64,000 bases of DNA from an uncultured Victivallales bacterium (GTDB lineage: Bacteria; Verrucomicrobiota; Lentisphaeria; Victivallales; UBA1829): assembly GCA_944390795.1 (NCBI GenBank), contig CALXRI010000010.1:537-64536 (forward strand). The letters are read 5' to 3'. Both the position numbers and the translations under genes were made by a program. This document shows positions 58,545 through 64,000 of this stretch, piece by piece. Below the pieces are notes generated by a model. The model did not search any database. It had not been told where the DNA came from and saw nothing but the letters and a program-made list of their open reading frames with translations. The stretch's first letter is position 1, and every line of letters begins with the position of its first letter.

Positions 58545-58762
58545 TATGCCGTATATCCGGGATCAAAAGAGCAGAGGGAAACTTTAAAAAATCACACATG
58601 ATCCCGGATCAGGATCGCGTTTTTTGAACTTTTATGCTACTTTTTTCTTTTTTTATGAAGGTTTTTTTTCAGAAAACTGCTATAATGAAAGGATTGAATC
58701 TGAGAATGTCTGTTCAATTCTTTTTCAACAAAACGTAAGGAAGGAAACGGTCTCGTCCTATC

Positions 58763-61573
58763 ATGATCCATCTTGCCTGTCAATATTTTTTGAACCATGA
58801 TCTTCGGGAAAGGGAATTGCGCACGCAGGTGCGCGAGCTGGCGAATGCCGGATATGAATGTGTCTATGCCCATGCGAGGCAGGGACTTCTGACTCCATAT
58901 CTCTCAAGGAAATGGTGGGACGCCATTCAAATCGTCCTTGAGGAATGCCGGAATGCCGGAATCAAATTCGCAATCTGGGACGAGGACTGCTATCCTTCCC
59001 CCGTTGCCGGGAACCGCATTGTCTGGGATCACCCCGAACTTGCCGCTCAATATCTCAATTTCACGGTGTTCGACGCGGAAAAAGGCGAAAATGTCTATCG
59101 CGTATTCGATGCTCCGGCGACCGTTTACCGCTGTTTCGCCGTGTCTGGAGAGAAAATTATTGACATTACGGAATACTGCGGTTCGGTCAAGCCCGAAGGA
59201 GGATGGCGCGAACTGCGCCATTGCGCTTATTCCTATGAAAATAAAATCGGAATGCCGCACTGGCGCGCGGTCTGGGGGGAACGCCGTTTCGCCCTTGACT
59301 GGAAGGCAGAAGAGAATTGTGAAATTGTCGCCGTCCAGATCTGCCACGCTTACGGAAGCGGACACAACACCGATCTGATGAAGCCGGAAATGACCCGGCT
59401 CTTTCTTGATCTGATTCACGGGGAATATCTCCGGCGCTTCGGACAGAAAACATTTGACGAACTTTTCGCCTCATCCTTCATGGATGAACCATCTGTGGAA
59501 GGCATCTTTCCCTGGACCGATGCGTTTCCCGCCGAATTCGCAGCGGAGCACGGATTCGATCTGACGGAACTTCTGGCGCATCTCATACTTGACATCGGCA
59601 GCCGTTCCCCTTATATCCGTCACTGCTACCGCATGACCCAGCACCGCCTGATCTGCCGCAATTATCTGGAAGAGACTCGGAGATGGTGCCGTGAACACCA
59701 CATCAAAAGCATCGGGCATCTCAGCAGGACGGAATATCTTTCCCGCTGCGCCAGCGTCATGTGGCCGAACGAACTGCGCGCCTGCCGTCATCTCGACATT
59801 CCCTGCACGGATCCGCTCGGCGCCGGGATCGCATGGCCGGACGCATGCGCTTATCATACCGGGATCAAGGTCGTTTCCTCCGCCGCCCGTCTCTTCGGAA
59901 AGGAACAGGCGGGAAGCGACGCCCTCGCCGTACTGGGCAATGAAACCTGTCTCCGCGATATCCTCTTCCATCTGGATTATCAGATGACGCTCGGAATCAC
60001 TTATTTCAACATTCACGGATTGAGTTATTCGCTCGACGGTCCGCGAAAGGACGAGGTCCCCCCCTCTCTCTTCTATCAGCATACGCAATGGCGCTGGATG
60101 CCCGAAGTCCTGAAGCGCGCGCGTATGCTCTGCGAAACGCTTTCCTCCGGGAAACATCTCTGCTCAACAGCTGTTCTCTACTCGTCGGCGAGCTTCTACT
60201 GTCATGCGGACCCGGTCTCCAATGGGGAACTCGAATCCTCCATTCAGCGATTTGTCGAAAACCTCCTTTCCCATCAGAAGGATTTCGATTTCATCGACGA
60301 GGTCACGTTCGGCGAGCTTTTCGACGCCGATCCGCGACGTTTCATTGAAAAATACCGCAGTTTCCTTCTCCCGGACACCGAATACATGGAGCAAGCCACC
60401 GCGGAACGTCTGGAACGCTATGCCGCGGACGGGGGGAAGCTGATGATCACGGGAAGTGTTCCGCGCCTGCTCGGAAAATCCCCGGAACAGCCTCTGTCCG
60501 TCTGGGAGAATGCGGAAACCTTCCGCTGCACGGATTATCTGGAACATCTCGGCGGCCCCGTTCTCGCCGGAGACGGCAGACAGGATGTTTTCGTGCAGGA
60601 GCGCGAGGCGGACGGAAGACAATTCGCCTTCCTGTTCAACCGCGCGGAACGTGCTTTCTCCGGGAGATGGAACGATGTCCCCGTCTGGATTCCTCCGAAA
60701 AGCGGAACCCTGTTCACAGGTGAACCGCTCAGGGATCCGCGCACCGGATCGGAAGCGGTTGCGGAACTTGCAGACTGGAAAATCCGTTTTGAGGAGAACC
60801 ATGTGGCGCTGAACTGCTGGAGGATGACCGGGCCTGTGGGCAAACAGCAGGACTTCCGGCTCCTGGAACGGGAATTCCCCGAAGTGTCCGACGGCAGCGC
60901 AATGACGCTTGAAACAAGTTTTCTTTATTCCGGCGAAGTGTCCGCCATCCGCCTTGCAGTGGAGGAAAGCACCTTCCGCGGGGCCTGGCAATGCTTCTGC
61001 AACGATATGGAAGTGAAAGACTTTCATCCGTCTGCGGAATACGACTGCCGCAACCGCTGCGCCGATCTGACGCCGTTCATCCGGACAGGATCAACGCCGA
61101 CGCTCAATCAGATACGGATCGTTCTTTCCGGCGAACACTGCTCCATTCTGGAAATGCCCTATCTTTACGGGCGCTTCAAGGCCGCATTCCGTCACGCGGG
61201 CAAGACTCTTCCGTTCCTGGAAGGCTTCTCCGGGGAAGAGACTCCGGACTCGCTCCTGCCCTGGTCGGAATACGGGTACGGAACGTATTCGGGATGCGCG
61301 GACTATTTCACCGCATTCAGCGTGCCGGATGACGGAGTGTATCTGCTGGATTTCGGACGCGTCGAGGATCTGGGCGAGCTCTTTCTCGACGGCAGGAGTC
61401 TCGGGTGCCGGATCGCGCCGCCATATGTCTGGCGGACGGGATTCCTGAAGAAAGGGATGCATGAACTGCGTCTCACCGTCAGCAACGGTCCCGGCAACCG
61501 CGACCGTCTTGCCGACCTGTCCTCTGGATTGATCGGTCCGGTAAGACTTGCCAGAATTGCGGACGGGAAATGA
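58763..61573 (+). CDS. Large cytoplasmic glycoside-hydrolase-like protein with a C-terminal galactose-binding-like jelly-roll; family unassigned
   Basis: The C-terminal block YGTYSGCADYF..F.VP....YLLDFG.V....ELFLDG...G....PPY.W.......G.HELRLTVSN resembles the jelly-roll domain found at the end of GH2- and GH106-type enzymes. The N-terminus looks like a TIM barrel. No signal peptide. An extended -10 (TGCTATAAT, 58678-58686) lies upstream. Confidence 0.5.
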   Translation: MIHLACQYFLNHDLRERELRTQVRELANAGYECVYAHARQGLLTPYLSRKWWDAIQIVLEECRNAGIKFAIWDEDCYPSPVAGNRIVWDHPELAAQYLNFTVFDAEKGENVYRVFDAPATVYRCFAVSGEKIIDITEYCGSVKPEGGWRELRHCAYSYENKIGMPHWRAVWGERRFALDWKAEENCEIVAVQICHAYGSGHNTDLMKPEMTRLFLDLIHGEYLRRFGQKTFDELFASSFMDEPSVEGIFPWTDAFPAEFAAEHGFDLTELLAHLILDIGSRSPYIRHCYRMTQHRLICRNYLEETRRWCREHHIKSIGHLSRTEYLSRCASVMWPNELRACRHLDIPCTDPLGAGIAWPDACAYHTGIKVVSSAARLFGKEQAGSDALAVLGNETCLRDILFHLDYQMTLGITYFNIHGLSYSLDGPRKDEVPPSLFYQHTQWRWMPEVLKRARMLCETLSSGKHLCSTAVLYSSASFYCHADPVSNGELESSIQRFVENLLSHQKDFDFIDEVTFGELFDADPRRFIEKYRSFLLPDTEYMEQATAERLERYAADGGKLMITGSVPRLLGKSPEQPLSVWENAETFRCTDYLEHLGGPVLAGDGRQDVFVQEREADGRQFAFLFNRAERAFSGRWNDVPVWIPPKSGTLFTGEPLRDPRTGSEAVAELADWKIRFEENHVALNCWRMTGPVGKQQDFRLLEREFPEVSDGSAMTLETSFLYSGEVSAIRLAVEESTFRGAWQCFCNDMEVKDFHPSAEYDCRNRCADLTPFIRTGSTPTLNQIRIVLSGEHCSILEMPYLYGRFKAAFRHAGKTLPFLEGFSGEETPDSLLPWSEYGYGTYSGCADYFTAFSVPDDGVYLLDFGRVEDLGELFLDGRSLGCRIAPPYVWRTGFLKKGMHELRLTVSNGPGNRDRLADLSSGLIGPVRLARIADGK

Positions 61574-62028
61574 ACTGCCGGATGCGGACTGCGGTTGTCT
61601 CCGGAAACTGGACGGCTTGACCTGGTGTAAAATGCCCGCCGAATCAACGTGGAAAGCGAGGTCGTTTTATGAATAAGCCGTATGAATCCGAATTCAGGGA
61701 TGATCCTTTTCTGTTGCTGCCCTTCAAAAGGACATCGAGGAAATCCATTTTCACTCCGGCGATTCATGCGAAGAGAAACGAGATGCCGAATTCCATGATT
61801 CCGCCGGCGCCGTCCTCGGCTGCAGGCATCCCTCCCGGACCTCCATGCGCCCCCCGGGCTCCGGATATCCCCGACTTCCTCGTGCGGCGCAAGAGACCGG
61901 ATGCCCGGGCCGGCATCCGGACCGGATCCAGCCGCTGTCTCGTTCCGGAGAATGCCTGATCCCGGGCAGCTTCCGGGTTTGCAGGCTGTTTTTTTTGAGC
62001 ATGAAACGGAAATGTCTGCGGAAAACAT

Positions 62029-62057
62029 TTGCAAAAAAATGCTGTCCGGATTATATT
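62029..62057 (+). promoter_or_regulatory. Sigma70-type promoter candidate for the hydrogenase-maturation operon
   Basis: TTGCAA (62029-62034), a 17-nt spacer, then TATATT (62052-62057). Confidence 0.45.
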
Positions 62058-62182
62058 AATGAAATGTTCTGAAACCAAGGGAATTGCTTCCCGCGGCGGA
62101 AGACACGAAAAAAGGATATCGTTCTGAACATTCAGGGTGCGTCCCGGGTGCAAGGCGGTGATCGAAGCAAAGGATTCGCCAT

Positions 62183-62219
62183 CCCCGTGCGCCGTTGTCC
62201 GGAACACGGGGATTTTTTT
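62183..62219 (+). terminator. Intrinsic terminator inside the 5' leader of the hyd operon (attenuator or riboswitch expression platform candidate)
   Basis: CCCCGTG (62183-62189), a 15-nt loop that can add a CCG/CGG extension, CACGGGG (62205-62211), then A plus T7 (62213-62219). It ends 20 nt before the ATG at 62240. Confidence 0.65.
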
Positions 62220-62239
62220 ATGCCGCGGAAGGAGCAGCA

Positions 62240-62491
62240 ATGGAAACGGAAACCAGAATCGCACTGATCGGGATCATCGTGGAAAATCAGCGGATTACCG
62301 AGGAACTCAACCGGATACTGCATGAATACGGAGAGTATGTCGTGGGACGCATGGGGGTGCCCTACAAGAAGCAGAATGTCTGCATCATCAGCGTAATTGT
62401 GGATGCGCCGAACAATGTCATCAGCTCTCTTTCCGGAAAGCTCGGCATGCTTGACGGCATCAGCGTGAAAACAGTGTATTCCAAAAAATAA
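62240..62491 (+). CDS. TM1266-like small ACT-fold protein (putative iron-only hydrogenase system regulator)
   Basis: An 83-aa protein, METETRIALIGIIVEN....E.LN.ILHEYG.Y..GRMG.PY......IISV..DAP...I..L.GKLG.L.G..VKT, which fits my memory of the TM1266 family found next to hydG/hydE/hydF. GGAAGGAG SD. Confidence 0.6.
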   Translation: METETRIALIGIIVENQRITEELNRILHEYGEYVVGRMGVPYKKQNVCIISVIVDAPNNVISSLSGKLGMLDGISVKTVYSKK

Positions 62492-62510
62492 AGGGAAGGA
62501 CGGTGGAAAT

Positions 62511-63932
62511 ATGAAATACGATCCGAAATCATCCAGAGCCGAGGAATTCATCAACGATCAGGAGATTCAGGAAACCCTGGCCTATGCCGAAGCGCACAGG
62601 AACGACCGTGCGCTCGTCGAACAGATTCTGGAAAAGGCGAAGGAATGCAAAGGTCTGACGCACCGGGAGGCTCTGGTCCTGCTGGACTGCGAGCTGGAGG
62701 AGGAGAAGGGGAAAATCTTTGCGCTTGCACGGGAGATCAAGCGGAAATTCTACGGGAACCGCATTGTGATGTTTGCGCCGCTGTATCTTTCCAACTACTG
62801 CGTCAACGGCTGCACCTACTGTCCTTATCACCTGAAAAACAAGCACATCCGGCGCAAGAAGCTGACGCAGGAGGAGATCGCGAAAGAGGTGATCGCGCTG
62901 CAGGACATGGGGCACAAGCGTCTTGCGCTTGAGACCGGCGAGGATCCGGTTCACAATCCGATCGAGTATGTTCTGGAGAGCATTAAGACGATCTACGGGA
63001 TCAAGCATAAAAACGGGGCGATCCGCCGGGTCAATGTCAACATCGCCGCGACGACGGTCGAAAACTACCGCAAGCTCAAGGAGGCCGGGATCGGCACCTA
63101 CATTCTCTTTCAGGAAACCTACAACAAGAAGGCTTACGAAGAGCTCCATCCGACCGGTCCGAAACACGATTACGCCTATCACACCGAGGCGATGGACCGG
63201 GCGATGGACGGCGGGATCGATGATGTCGGCTGCGGCGTTCTGTTCGGGCTGAATCTCTACCGCTACGATTTCGTCGGGCTCCTGATGCACGCGGAGCATC
63301 TTGAGGCAGCCAAGGGCGTCGGACCGCATACGATCAGCGTGCCGAGAATCCGCGCGGCGGACGACATCGATCCCGGGACGTTCTCCAACGCGATTTCCGA
63401 TGAGATCTTTGAAAAGATCGTCGCCGTCCTGCGGATCGCGGTTCCCTATACGGGAATCATTATTTCCACGCGTGAATCGCAGAAGGCGCGCGAACGCGTG
63501 CTCCGCCTCGGCGTGTCGCAGATCAGCGGCGGCTCCCGCACGAGTGTCGGCGGCTATGTGGAAAAGGAAAGCGATGAGGAGAACTCCGCTCAGTTCGACG
63601 TCAGCGACACGCGCTCGCTCGACGAGGTCGTGAACTGGCTGCTCGGACTCGGCTACATCCCGAGCTTCTGCACCGCCTGCTACCGGGAGGGGCGTACGGG
63701 AGACCGCTTCATGAAACTGGTGAAGTCCGGGCAGATCGCGAACTGCTGCCAGCCGAATGCCCTGATGACGCTGAAGGAATATCTGGAGGATTATGCCTCG
63801 GAGGACACCCGGAAAAAAGGCGAAAAGGTGATTCAGGATGAGATTCCGCGCATTCCCAATGAAAAAGTGCGCGCGATCGCCATGGACCATCTGCGCGAGC
63901 TTCATGACGGGAAACGGGATTTCCGTTTCTGA
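62511..63932 (+). CDS. hydG: [FeFe]-hydrogenase H-cluster radical SAM maturase HydG
   Basis: Radical SAM CVNGCTYCPY (CX3CX2C), a ThiH-like TIM barrel, and the C-terminal auxiliary cluster motif CTACYREGRTGDRFM...CQPNA (CX2CX22C). The length is 473 aa. Confidence 0.9.
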   Translation: MKYDPKSSRAEEFINDQEIQETLAYAEAHRNDRALVEQILEKAKECKGLTHREALVLLDCELEEEKGKIFALAREIKRKFYGNRIVMFAPLYLSNYCVNGCTYCPYHLKNKHIRRKKLTQEEIAKEVIALQDMGHKRLALETGEDPVHNPIEYVLESIKTIYGIKHKNGAIRRVNVNIAATTVENYRKLKEAGIGTYILFQETYNKKAYEELHPTGPKHDYAYHTEAMDRAMDGGIDDVGCGVLFGLNLYRYDFVGLLMHAEHLEAAKGVGPHTISVPRIRAADDIDPGTFSNAISDEIFEKIVAVLRIAVPYTGIIISTRESQKARERVLRLGVSQISGGSRTSVGGYVEKESDEENSAQFDVSDTRSLDEVVNWLLGLGYIPSFCTACYREGRTGDRFMKLVKSGQIANCCQPNALMTLKEYLEDYASEDTRKKGEKVIQDEIPRIPNEKVRAIAMDHLRELHDGKRDFRF

Positions 63933-64000
63933 AGCGTCCGCTTCCCGTCTCCCCGGCATATCGTCCTGTACGGATCGCCGGGGAGGGGCAGGGCCGTCCA

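Noticed and set aside
61669-61959. A 96-aa + strand ORF (MNKPYESEFRDDPF...) with GAGG upstream and a hairpin plus T8 downstream, considered as a small gene.
   Set aside because: The second half is Pro/Ala/Arg-rich low-complexity sequence typical of random GC-rich frames, and I recognise no motif. I left it unannotated. Conservation analysis could rescue it.
62060-62240. An attempt to assign the hyd leader to a known riboswitch class (SAM-I/II, TPP, cobalamin, glycine, c-di-GMP-I, ZTP, fluoride, guanidine).
   Set aside because: I could not find any of the conserved core sequences I remember for these classes. I kept it only as an unclassified attenuator candidate that needs an Rfam scan.
62529-63959. 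A 476-aa ORF antisense to hydG.
   Set aside because: HydG motifs are unambiguous on the + strand, so this is an antisense artefact.

Overview
This is a GC-rich bacterial chromosomal window with about 50 supportable genes and no rRNA, tRNA or CRISPR array that I could see. All protein calls come from reading the supplied translations against family motifs I remember; no searches were run. The gene content suggests an anaerobic glycan fermenter of the PVC superphylum (Lentisphaerota, Kiritimatiellota or Verrucomicrobiota-like). That guess rests on many glycan-active enzymes, prepilin/DUF1559-like proteins beside a GntR-LacI hybrid regulator, and the [FeFe]-hydrogenase maturase HydG, and it is inference only.

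Layout:
- 1-3916: head-morphogenesis module of a Mu-like prophage (portal, protease/scaffold, small head protein, gpT capsid, gp36-like). It stops abruptly at ung with no tail genes.
- 4.7-12.6 kb: CoA-transferase, GH2 beta-galactosidase, fklB and a GH95 fucosidase.
- 12.7-18 kb: a tightly packed five-gene operon ending in mutL.
- 18-27 kb: Sel1 protein, a proline-rich secreted protein with a start-codon frame anomaly, kdsD, rhaB, rpsA, an acidic hypothetical and an LpxL-type acyltransferase.
- 27.3-36.4 kb: a six-gene minus-strand locus of mostly unassignable proteins built around a pseudopilin-like gene and a GntR-LacI regulator. This is my best candidate for an undescribed system.
- 37-46 kb: dinG, then a two-component system with an RND efflux pair.
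- 46-50 kb: an esterase cluster (CE15, alpha/beta hydrolase, SGNH) with TauE.
- 50-57.6 kb: a zinc-ribbon-htpG-dnaJ operon, TauE, obg, rpmA and a MATE transporter.
- 57.8-58.5 kb: an IS4-type transposase fragment fused to a pilin-gene fragment.
- 58.8-61.6 kb: a 936-aa GH-like protein.
- 62-64 kb: the start of an [FeFe]-hydrogenase maturation operon, preceded by a terminator-containing leader.

Most glycosidases and esterases here lack signal peptides. The many very long antisense ORFs are treated as high-GC artefacts.
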